From Leyella stercorea (GTDB lineage: Bacteria; Bacteroidota; Bacteroidia; Bacteroidales; Paludibacteraceae): 64,000 nucleotides of DNA. A program made the translations under genes and the position numbers. Below are positions 56,701-63,239 of the stretch, piece by piece. The notes under the pieces were generated by a model. The model saw nothing but the letters and a program-made list of their open reading frames with translations. It was not told the DNA's origin and did no database searches. The stretch is taken from positions 179 to 64,178 of the forward strand of contig CAVKQB010000005.1 of assembly GCA_963658575.1 (NCBI GenBank), written 5' to 3'. The first letter of the stretch is position 1. Each line of letters opens with the position of its first letter.

Positions 56701-58032
56701 GGTGAAGTCCGCCCAATAGGCACCGTCGGGACGGGAATAGTAGGTGCCTGTTACGTAGTTGAGCGGGCTGCGGCCTTTGGGGAAGAACTGAACGACAAAC
56801 CACTGCATCTTAAACGGGTCGGGGTCGTCGTCCGTACCCCAGTCCAAACTGTCTTTCATCACGCGGTAGTCTATCATCAGACGGGCGGTGTCGCGGTACT
56901 GCATGCCCCACTCTGCCCCGGGTTGGTTGTAGATGCCAGGAGCGGTGATGTCGCTATACCACTTGTAGACGGGCAAACTCTTGCCGCCGTCGTTTATCAA
57001 AGAGCAGGTGTGACCGTAGCCGCGTTTCTGCATCTTACGGAAATCCAGCGTGAGTGTATTTTCGGAGTATAGCCATTCGGTGTCGTAGCCGTCCTGCACG
57101 CCCGCTACGGAGTAGTAGCCCGACCAGATGGTCATCTGCGGGTAGATATAGAGCATGGCGGTGCTGTCTGCCTCTGCCTTGGCACTGTCTGGCTCGTAGG
57201 CGTAGTAGGTGTCCGAGCACCAAGTGGTGGCTATCAGGCTGTCTTGGTCTTCGGCATACGACCACTTCTCGTAGTAGGCGGGGTGAATGGTGGTGGTGCT
57301 GGGGTCGGAGGTGTAAGCCCAGCGGTCGTTTTTCTTGTCGAAATAGAGGTAGTATTCCGTGCCGGCTCCGTCCGACACAAGCGGGTATGCCAAGGTGCGC
57401 AGGTGCGTTTTGTAGTCCAGCACGCGCGTCCATTGGTGGTCGATGGCCGACGAATTTTCGTATGCGTCAACAAGGGTTATCGTTACCGTGCCGTCGGTGC
57501 CGACCTCGGTGCGCACCCATTGACCGGTAGCAAGATTTTGGTAGCGGCGGTAGTTGGTGCCGTCGTTGTCGCCTTGTACCACGCGCCAGAGATTGACGGT
57601 AGAAGCGTCGGTGGGCAATACGGTGGCCGAAGCGGCTATGGTGGTGCCATCAGCACTGATGGTCATATAGACGAATTTCACCTCTTCGCGGTAGTAGTGT
57701 ACGGTCTGCGTGCCGTCCGTCGCCGTGATGGTGTCGGAGTAGTAGAAGAGCGAACGCCCGTAGGCCGTCTTCTTGCCCGTGTATTCTCGCTTCGAAATTT
57801 CTGTGATAGAGGTGCTTACGGGATAACCAAATAGGCAGGTGTCGCCTGCTGCGATGGGATTGCTACCCGAAGCGGAGCGGGTGTTGTCGTCGTAAGTGTC
57901 GATGACCAATCCTGCCATGTTCGCCATGTGCAGATTGCTCCACAAATTGCCGGCCTGCAGGCCTCCTACGGCGATGACCGCCGCTATCGCTATTGCGCCA
58001 CTTACTACACCCAACTGGATACGCTTTTTCAT
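50749..58032 (-). CDS. giant (2427 aa) secreted protein with T9SS C-terminal sorting domain; function unknown
   Basis: N-terminal signal/anchor (MKKRIQLGVVSGAIAIAAVIAVGG). The last ~80 aa (ITAFSNAQESIVVVASSDIAEIRVYDLVGRLL...VYVRLQ...KVLVK) resemble a Por secretion tail. Rich in Tyr, Trp, Asp and Thr, with no obvious internal tandem repeats. Confidence 0.8.
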   Translation of the reverse strand: MKKRIQLGVVSGAIAIAAVIAVGGLQAGNLWSNLHMANMAGLVIDTYDDNTRSASGSNPIAAGDTCLFGYPVSTSITEISKREYTGKKTAYGRSLFYYSDTITATDGTQTVHYYREEVKFVYMTISADGTTIAASATVLPTDASTVNLWRVVQGDNDGTNYRRYQNLATGQWVRTEVGTDGTVTITLVDAYENSSAIDHQWTRVLDYKTHLRTLAYPLVSDGAGTEYYLYFDKKNDRWAYTSDPSTTTIHPAYYEKWSYAEDQDSLIATTWCSDTYYAYEPDSAKAEADSTAMLYIYPQMTIWSGYYSVAGVQDGYDTEWLYSENTLTLDFRKMQKRGYGHTCSLINDGGKSLPVYKWYSDITAPGIYNQPGAEWGMQYRDTARLMIDYRVMKDSLDWGTDDDPDPFKMQWFVVQFFPKGRSPLNYVTGTYYSRPDGAYWADFTDTLRFAITKNGQEVYYYKQPIIRESYHYYHEQKLVPYLSQSQIIFPADGGSVEVTYDSLVVENTIKLYTKERVEKAAIELGREKLTPGSEELLDRVEHSAKLEEDPCSWLTITADKEFDEGGTSITLTAEANPLNVNRSNVLLHYFKNKEMKTTYTRVIPIEQLNHASAGEIDFVPQGGWGYTTVDDEGRQSVHTHETTIYYYPGEKVELRPRERNFFGWQRWYDYNTGADPRFYRSRKDGTYKTQSDFYQRPPAKNINDNGVSLWLYDSINSTPSTSQGLYYAMEKGRGWMWAGLDEAGSLNEQEAALSNMVIPVVLGWDTTGNDLPAERDIAVDMSNYTDYKIDLASAKQVQEPTISYRQIFHLRPASQMADSLSKFTAKSGNYFEDYTITAPVGKNVILRTKYASAYPYNDNATMDRPSDLCYFVPVKINTLGTPRDTLLRLSMSANLDSVEVRFYKNGVLQTPAMQVADGTDYPQARNTLGSRYDFRTVQRAIPDSVVYEYRIEPAANGTYGGSFGKTIWDKYNGISLADTLLLARWTIHFAVASDYGPSTTALITKEDIERNYVLLAEQNFDYDKPGTTNCVIYPKPLGAQESSFGYCYPYSVTQGQSFRGTRSMSGSGDQIPFPFYGEYAIVNAIGTNCPSEQGQYAYWGKNIAQHGGAENGYCLYVDGAQLPGKVVTLSTNATICSGQQLYCAAWVANANYNNKTQPILQFDIEGRVAGGEWESIGAFCTGPLDGSVNWQQVNFPLVGAQNYDETRISVMNYASDNDGNDFLLDDIYLYASPTPLESFQASTDCSRNAKGDQMVTIIKADYTQFTGVDKYNTQLFYDIYDVSKGKAIKTNYYQDGKSVSADYGYLVTPAKDFTPTEAETAVSAKALLDSIAQYDSDTTLLRYIRNYESGKERWIIYLAQLVHQSPLSAKKNYEVRTAYAKDELSEAACAMRTKLPVFEKTAFVFNGETYPAAGQCANGLYPLEILVTDTLTDGDKLIHLQAYAKGDWLLGIDSDDAWYYSYLDPDEDVAYQEMTTERETQCNAAFEAAYGYTREQVDAAIADLRRDTINQKSNYLATDLSKVNANTEYWDDQSHYEIIKTLVEQKKLVLWQERQQIYMRSEDTCRYWIYPIAGTAKTVYNGNTYILNECANPTYIMVFSVKSDYVLNLSNKATADITGNDVPRVRISEHNAHNQFYVPIKEIGKNVAICYDSTQVVLSTDPVVSPLIGTPGFSMHFSQDKFNGYDGASANYYDVGDSIVFHYIDQDHVDSMKWVHNNQSGWKEGHPGLWVVNSHPMRAGYEYTLRLQMKVRGTTAEMDDGDSGCLLGYSYINVVVVPDTVIWTPTAMTGDSLYLWGDDRNWRGIVDGKVLDHGYAPLKNTMVILPEHNADFLDEMKYPTIQPDCDPYILYPEDVHYHTNVCKKVQFRSGAKIIGQEYLAYNEAYVNATLPANDWYTVASPMQATYSGDLFVPHTGKYSAGASTESSADFEVNGFQGERTKYAAYAVWASYYNQNVTVVTPTGWDYRYSTTADFIESNTMGKKLEPGQGFAVAGFGPTDDTQSLTIKLPKPDTEYEYYDSVTLQPNGMVETLDRDSAYRLGFVPASDGAMHITLTILNQKTDGSATPIAGQQGFLFGNPTMAYINMAKFLDDNQNVLNIGSYQVEVDGKWETIKRDVTTTDLFLRPMQSAMVASQDVTGDIRTVEVSLKPEHLSLVPRNRTTTRQASAHARAQGRTLRPELMKITALSGGQDKDGDWQYQRGETQLALMDFTSNGYDSNEDVRLISSGVEYGVNDNTLTTPVNIYTLADNQPLAADLRPEMKTVPLGFVLHSDFRSDSLTLYFHTSTNWSEECYLCDSKTGEKTRLYNDICVRIATPANHEIRYYLQGEADTPDNPNDTPTDNAIPAIDTDGVEQITAFSNAQESIVVVASSDIAEIRVYDLVGRLLTSAAPTVGTSVCTLTAPSGIALVYVRLQSAAIGHQKVLVK

Positions 58033-58059
58033 CTTGCTGTGTCTTGGATTTATGTTAAT

Positions 58060-58692
58060 CTATAATATCAATTCGTAATTCTTATTTCTCTTCAGGCGCG
58101 TACGCTTGAAAAGGCAGTAGCCCGCTGCGAAAAACAGCAGGGATATCACCGCATCGCCTACGGGTGCTTGTGGCGGCACCTCTCCGACGGGGTCGGAGCC
58201 AGGACGTTTGATGCGTAAAAATTTATTGCTGTGATCTATGGAACTCATCTCGTCGAAAACGTCGCCTGCACCAGCATCCATGTCGCTGAACAGTTTGGCG
58301 GATCTGACGGTAGAAAAACCCCAATCGTTGGTGCTGAACGGTGCGCTCATCTCGGCGGTGCGGGTTATGCGCGACGTGCGTGTCGACGAGAACGACCGAT
58401 AGCCGTTCTTGCCGCCTCCAAAGTCTACGCCAGGCGTTCCAGCCGATGTGCCAGGCAGGCGTTTGGCCGCATTGATGCCGAGCGCATTGCGGCGGCAAGT
58501 GGCCACCGACGAGCTGGGCTGTTGCGCAAAACGCGTGGCGAAATCATTCACTAATCCCACATTTTTTGCCCTGCCGCAACCGTATGCCGCTTGGTCGGCC
58601 GAAACCCATGTCGAAAAAAAGTCCTCTGCAGAAACACTTTCGATGCCCCATAGGAGCATCGCGTAAATCAGAAATTTATAGTGGATAGACAT
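58060..58692 (-). CDS. small secreted protein with C-terminal TM anchor plus basic tail (sorting-signal-like)
   Basis: 210 aa with a signal peptide (LIYAMLLWGIESVSAEDF). The C-terminus is ...PPQAPVGDAVISLLFFAAGYCLFKRTRLKRNK. It ends 27 nt upstream of the giant gene on the same strand. Confidence 0.55.
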   Translation of the reverse strand: MSIHYKFLIYAMLLWGIESVSAEDFFSTWVSADQAAYGCGRAKNVGLVNDFATRFAQQPSSSVATCRRNALGINAAKRLPGTSAGTPGVDFGGGKNGYRSFSSTRTSRITRTAEMSAPFSTNDWGFSTVRSAKLFSDMDAGAGDVFDEMSSIDHSNKFLRIKRPGSDPVGEVPPQAPVGDAVISLLFFAAGYCLFKRTRLKRNKNYELIL

Positions 58693-58829
58693 CTCTTCCT
58701 CTTTTTAGTCAAAAAAAGTTCTCTTCTCCAAAATTGGCGGCAAAAGTAGAACTTTTTTCTAATGCAACCAAACTTTTCGCTCGTTGGCAGTTCACTTTTT
58801 TGCGCATTCTACGCCACCAACAGAGCCTA

Positions 58830-59308
58830 AGTTGCTGACTATTTGAGGATTTGAGGATTATTATTCATTGTTAATTATTCATTCTTAATTCTTAATTAGT
58901 CTTTAACCCCCTCCGTCGCTACGCTCCTCGTCCCCCTATCCTCGCTGCGCTCGGCAGAGGGACAGAATTGAATCATTGAATCACTGAATTATTGAATGAT
59001 TGAATTTTGGGGCGCATTCTCTCCCCCTGCTGCGCAGCAGATAGGGGGAGTACCCACGCAGTGGGGGTAGGGGTTTTATGTCAATTGACAATTGATAATG
59101 AACAATGAATAATTGTTTGCGCCCAAAATCATCTTTGCTCTATGTTCTAAAAAAAGCACGGGATTACAAATCCCGTGCGACCAAAAAATTGAATCATTGA
59201 CTTATTGAATTCTCAATTTGTAAATTTTTCATTATCAATTATCCATTGTCAATTAAACAACTCCTCACTCCTCATTTCTCACTACTAACTGCTAACTCCT
59301 CACTCCTA
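58830..59308. repeat. intergenic repeat mosaic M9
   Basis: Inverted partial copy of the M6/M8 module (58905-58967). Hairpins CTGCTGC/GCAGCAG, CCCAC-GCA-GTGGG (59053-59065) and GCACGGGAT-TACAA-ATCCCGTGC. AT-rich word repeats. G-poor heptad tract (59248-59316), which on the minus strand begins with the TAG stop of the gene ending at 59306. Confidence 0.85.
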
Positions 59309-61228
59309 ATTTTTTTGAAATGTTCCGAGCAATTGGTTCATGGCCGCCACAAATTCGCGCGGATTGCCGGTGCGGTGCTGCGAGTAGGTGAGCGCATTCG
59401 ACTTGTCGGTGCTTTGGTATTCCAACAGGCTTTTGCCGTACGGCCCCAAGAATATCTCCTTGGTAGTGCCGTTCATCTCGATGAAGATAGATGTGTCGCG
59501 CAAGGCGATGGCGTTGATGTTGCGGTAGAATATCGAATCGGTGTCGCACGGTTCGAGTTCATTCTTGTAGGTGTCCCAATAGTTGTAGTTGATAATCAAC
59601 CGGTCGCGTTGCGGCACGGCCACTACATAGTACACACGGTCGAGCACGTCGTAAGGGTTGTTGGTCCACTGTTTGTCGGGGTCGTCCTTGCGGTACTGCA
59701 CAAAGTAGTTGAGGAACAGAATTTTGCCAGGCACCTCTTTTTCGTCGAATATGCCACAATTTTTCAGCGTTTGGGTTACGGGGTCGCCAAAGGGAATCAC
59801 CTCGTTGCTGCCCGACAGAAATTCGCGGCAAAAGTCGACCATATCGAGCAATTTGGCGCGGTTGTGGTAGATGTCCAACGCGTGTTCGTATTTGTTCTGA
59901 TTTTCGCGCTCTTCGTTGGCTACCTCGCGCCGCTGACGGCTCACACGCGAGAACCGAACTATGGTTTTCAGCAAAAAGATGATGAACGGCAACAGCAGCA
60001 CAAGCACATCTACGGCGATGCGCCAATCTTTGGCCACACCAAAATAACCCGTTACTTTGCCCTGATGCTCTTCGGCCACAACGGAGCCGTTGATGGTTTG
60101 CTTTTGGCCGTTTTCGTCGATGTCGTACGACACCAGTTTGTAGTCAGCCCAGAATATGCTGTCTTTTTCGGCGCGCGCAATGCTGTCGGCACGCAACTTT
60201 TCCTTGATTTCGTTGCGTTCGGCTTTCGATAGTTTTTTGTCCCGATAGAGTGCGTTGTACTCTTGTTGCACGGTTTGCTGCGGATGCGTTTTTATCTCGC
60301 ACACGCCCCAATTCTCCTTGGCTTCGAACAACAGCACAGCGACCATCACGGCCACCGTTGCAACCGCCATGACGATGAGGCGTACAATCATATTGCCGAT
60401 GGGATAACTGGGTTTGTCCAGTTTTTGCGGCTTTTGCGGCTCGTACATGTAGTCGAAAAAGTTCAAGCGTTCTTGCGGGTCGGTCAAGCGTCGCACGGCA
60501 TCGTGCCAATTTTCGGGCAGTTCGTTGTCTCGGTCGCTCGGAATGCTCACGCGGAAACTCTCGAGATACGAGAGGTCGGCTTCGCGCTTGCGGTTTTCCG
60601 CCTGTTTTTCGCCCTTCAGCAGTTGGAGATATTCCACATTTTTCGGGTCGGAAATTTTCACATGCGTCTCAATCTCCGTCAGCTCGTCGGCTTCGGGCAG
60701 CATGGTCTGGATTTTGGCAAAAAGTTCGTCGGGCGTTTCGCCATGCACTTGCAAACCGTTGGCCACGAACGCTCCTTGGCGCAAAATCATTTGCAAAATC
60801 AGATATTTGCGCTTTTTCTGCAGATTTGTAGCGGTGTGCAGCCACTCTTCGATTTTCTCGGCACGGTTAGTGTCGATCATTTTGGGCGATTTCCCCTCGA
60901 AGAGCGACAGCGCGTAGTAGTAGTACATGTCGGGCTCGGTGGGCTGCTGATCGACGGCCATCTTGAAGTTGCGCTGCGCCAATTCGTAGTTTTTCAGCCC
61001 CAGATAGAACAGCCCCATGGCAAAAAGGGCGTTGGTGTCCTTGGGATTGTCGGCGGCCTTTTGCTTGAATGCGTCGATGTATTGTTGCGCCATCTCGTTG
61101 GTCATCTTCAGCGGATCGACCTCCGAGGCTACGAGTTTGTTCACTGCGCCGCATTTCGGACAAACGCTCTGCCCTTCTTTGAGCGGACTGGTGCATTCGC
61201 TACACCGGAGTACTTTTATCAGTGCCAT
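59306..61228 (-). CDS. zinc-ribbon / TPR-like / two-TM membrane protein with unknown C-terminal domain
   Basis: 640 aa. N-terminal CxxC...CxxC (CSECTSPLKEGQSVCPKCG), TPR-like helices (ALFAMGLFYLGLKNYELAQRNFKMAV), and two TM segments (IVRLIVMAVATVAVMVAVLLF and IAVDVLVLLLPFIIFLL). Confidence 0.6.
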   Translation of the reverse strand: MALIKVLRCSECTSPLKEGQSVCPKCGAVNKLVASEVDPLKMTNEMAQQYIDAFKQKAADNPKDTNALFAMGLFYLGLKNYELAQRNFKMAVDQQPTEPDMYYYYALSLFEGKSPKMIDTNRAEKIEEWLHTATNLQKKRKYLILQMILRQGAFVANGLQVHGETPDELFAKIQTMLPEADELTEIETHVKISDPKNVEYLQLLKGEKQAENRKREADLSYLESFRVSIPSDRDNELPENWHDAVRRLTDPQERLNFFDYMYEPQKPQKLDKPSYPIGNMIVRLIVMAVATVAVMVAVLLFEAKENWGVCEIKTHPQQTVQQEYNALYRDKKLSKAERNEIKEKLRADSIARAEKDSIFWADYKLVSYDIDENGQKQTINGSVVAEEHQGKVTGYFGVAKDWRIAVDVLVLLLPFIIFLLKTIVRFSRVSRQRREVANEERENQNKYEHALDIYHNRAKLLDMVDFCREFLSGSNEVIPFGDPVTQTLKNCGIFDEKEVPGKILFLNYFVQYRKDDPDKQWTNNPYDVLDRVYYVVAVPQRDRLIINYNYWDTYKNELEPCDTDSIFYRNINAIALRDTSIFIEMNGTTKEIFLGPYGKSLLEYQSTDKSNALTYSQHRTGNPREFVAAMNQLLGTFQKN

Positions 61229-61270
61229 GTTTTTTCGGGATTATTGGTGATGATTGTGTGTTGCCGATGG

Positions 61271-61942
61271 TCAATTGTTTTTGATGCTCTCGATGTATTG
61301 CGCTATTTTGCCAAAATCGATTTGTCCGCCATCGACACCGCGCTGTAGTTCGTCCAGCACGAGTTGTAGTGTGTGCGCATTGTCGGGTTTTTGCAGGCGT
61401 GCTGGCGGCAGCGACTTCACGTCGCGCACGAGGCGTGCCATCTCCTGTTCGTCGCCGTTGTAGCGTCGGGCGAGTGCCTCTATTTCGCTCACGGCGTTGC
61501 GCACGGTTTGGGTGTTTGCCTCGAGTTTTTGCTGACGCGCCTCGTGGTTCGAGTCGGTTTCGGCCATAAAAATGGCCGGAATGCACCACAAAAGCGTAAT
61601 CACCAGCAGCACCGCGATGTACCATTTGAAATCGATGTCGAGACCTACGCCAGCCGTGAGAACGGCGTAAGCAACCATCACGACGATGCCTGCCAGCAGA
61701 TAAAACAGCCCATACGTGCCAATCGTTACACTCAACCACGGCGAAACGCCTTGGACATCGCAGCGCAAAAACGCCAGCCAGCCAAAGAAAACGGCTTCCA
61801 ACAGGAGCGTGTAGCAAAGGTTGAACCAGAAAAGTGCCGTGGTCTCTTCGGGTTTGAACAGCAAAAACAGTACGAGCGTAACCAACGCTGTTATCGTAGG
61901 CAGCACGATTTGTGCCAATCGGTTGATGTTTTTTGTTGCCAT
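61271..61942 (-). CDS. polytopic membrane protein (4 predicted TM helices) with C-terminal helical domain
   Basis: 223 aa with a hydrophobic N-terminal two-thirds and then a charged helical tail. It is tightly packed between the two neighbouring genes (gaps of 24 and 42 nt). Confidence 0.55.
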   Translation of the reverse strand: MATKNINRLAQIVLPTITALVTLVLFLLFKPEETTALFWFNLCYTLLLEAVFFGWLAFLRCDVQGVSPWLSVTIGTYGLFYLLAGIVVMVAYAVLTAGVGLDIDFKWYIAVLLVITLLWCIPAIFMAETDSNHEARQQKLEANTQTVRNAVSEIEALARRYNGDEQEMARLVRDVKSLPPARLQKPDNAHTLQLVLDELQRGVDGGQIDFGKIAQYIESIKNN

Positions 61943-61966
61943 AGTGTTTTGTTTTTTCTGAAAAAG

Positions 61967-63208
61967 TTAGAGAGTTGGTGGTGGCGGTGGCGGCACTGCG
62001 CCAAACAGCGGCGCCAAATCGGGACGGCTGTTGGCGGCAGCCCATTGTGGCATGCCTGCCGTCCAAACCATTGTGGCGGGCGTGAGCGTGCCTTGTTGCG
62101 CCAGCGTGTGCAGCGTGGTGAGGTCGTACGGACCTTGTTGTGCGCCATTCACCAAAATGTGGTACACGGTGGCGACTGGTGGTGGCGGTGGCGTGGCTGT
62201 GTTTTGTGGTTGCACTGGTTGAGCGTTCATCACGCCAGCCATTTGCCCCATCTGCGCTCCGAATGCGCCTCCCACGCCGAAGCCCATACCCATGCCCATG
62301 CCTGCGCCCATCATCTGACCGGCCGAGCCTTCGTTTTGCGCCGCGCCTTCCATCACGTCGAATTGGCGTTCTTGTTGGTAGGTGTAGCCCTCGCGCGCAC
62401 GCGCTCTTGCTCTGGCGCGCGACTCGAAGTCCGTTTCGCCGCCGGCCGTTTGCGCCGCCACGATGCGTTGGTAGTTTTCGTCCTCTTCGTTTGGATTGAT
62501 GGCTTCTACATCGAAACGGGTTATCTGTATGCCGTACTCTTCGAAATAGGCGTTTATCTCCTTTTTAACATAGTCCGAAACGTCGTTCAAATAGTCGTTG
62601 GCTTCGGTTACCGATATGCGCTGTTGGCTGAAATAGCGCGAGATGAGCGGTTTCACGCGCTGCGCTACGGCACTGGTAAATTCGCCCACAAAGTCAGCGA
62701 GCAGAATCTCGTGCTGCGTGCCAGAATACTCGCGAATGAAGGCGATGGCGTTCGATATGCGAAATTCGTACGAGCCGTACGAGCCTATTTTGATGGTTAC
62801 GCCCTCGTCGCCAAACGAATAATCTTTCACCGTCAGTCCTACGCCCCAGCCATTGTCGTCGGCCACACGCTGACGGGTGGTGTTCAGCACAAACAGCGTG
62901 GTTTTGAAGGCAGAGTTGCCGCCAGTAGCCAGATTTACAATGTTTTGCAAAAATGGCACATTGTTGGTCGATAGTTCGTATCGCCCCGGACGGAACGTGT
63001 CGGAGTACATGCCTTCGCTGCAAAAGACCATCTCCTGACCCTCTTGCACAGTAACTTTGGCTTTGGTCGAGAGGTTGTCGTAGGGATAGCGTTGCAACAG
63101 GCAGCCTTTTTCGAGGTTGTAAAACACGTTGTCGATTATACCCACGCGCTCAGCACCCTGTCCGTCGTAAGTGATGCCGTCGGTACGCTGTTTCGAGAAG
63201 AGTCCCAT
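61967..63208 (-). CDS. SPFH/band-7-like (YdjI/COG4260-type) protein with Gly/Met-rich linker, polyproline tracts and GYF_2-like C-terminal domain
   Basis: 413 aa. The N-terminal ~270 aa resemble the 'virion core protein-like' SPFH branch. Linker is GAGMGMGMGFGVGGAFGAQMGQMAG. TPPPPPV is followed by YHILVNGAQQGPYDLTTLHTLAQQGTLTPATMVWTAGMPQWAAA (GYF_2/DUF4339 pattern). The protein ends PPPPPPTL. Confidence 0.7.
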   Translation of the reverse strand: MGLFSKQRTDGITYDGQGAERVGIIDNVFYNLEKGCLLQRYPYDNLSTKAKVTVQEGQEMVFCSEGMYSDTFRPGRYELSTNNVPFLQNIVNLATGGNSAFKTTLFVLNTTRQRVADDNGWGVGLTVKDYSFGDEGVTIKIGSYGSYEFRISNAIAFIREYSGTQHEILLADFVGEFTSAVAQRVKPLISRYFSQQRISVTEANDYLNDVSDYVKKEINAYFEEYGIQITRFDVEAINPNEEDENYQRIVAAQTAGGETDFESRARARARAREGYTYQQERQFDVMEGAAQNEGSAGQMMGAGMGMGMGFGVGGAFGAQMGQMAGVMNAQPVQPQNTATPPPPPVATVYHILVNGAQQGPYDLTTLHTLAQQGTLTPATMVWTAGMPQWAAANSRPDLAPLFGAVPPPPPPTL

Positions 63209-63239
63209 AGTTTTCGGTTATTTTAGTTCGAGAATCGGA

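Noticed and set aside
52324-57072. 1582-aa plus-strand ORF (similar cases: 18193-20163, 30076-31359, 40072-41154, 61373-62974, 59246-60232)
   Set aside because: All are antisense shadows of well-supported genes (the giant T9SS protein, DUF349, MltD-like, parB, and the SPFH operon). Their translations are repetitive V/G/A/R/H-rich strings without signal peptides or motifs.
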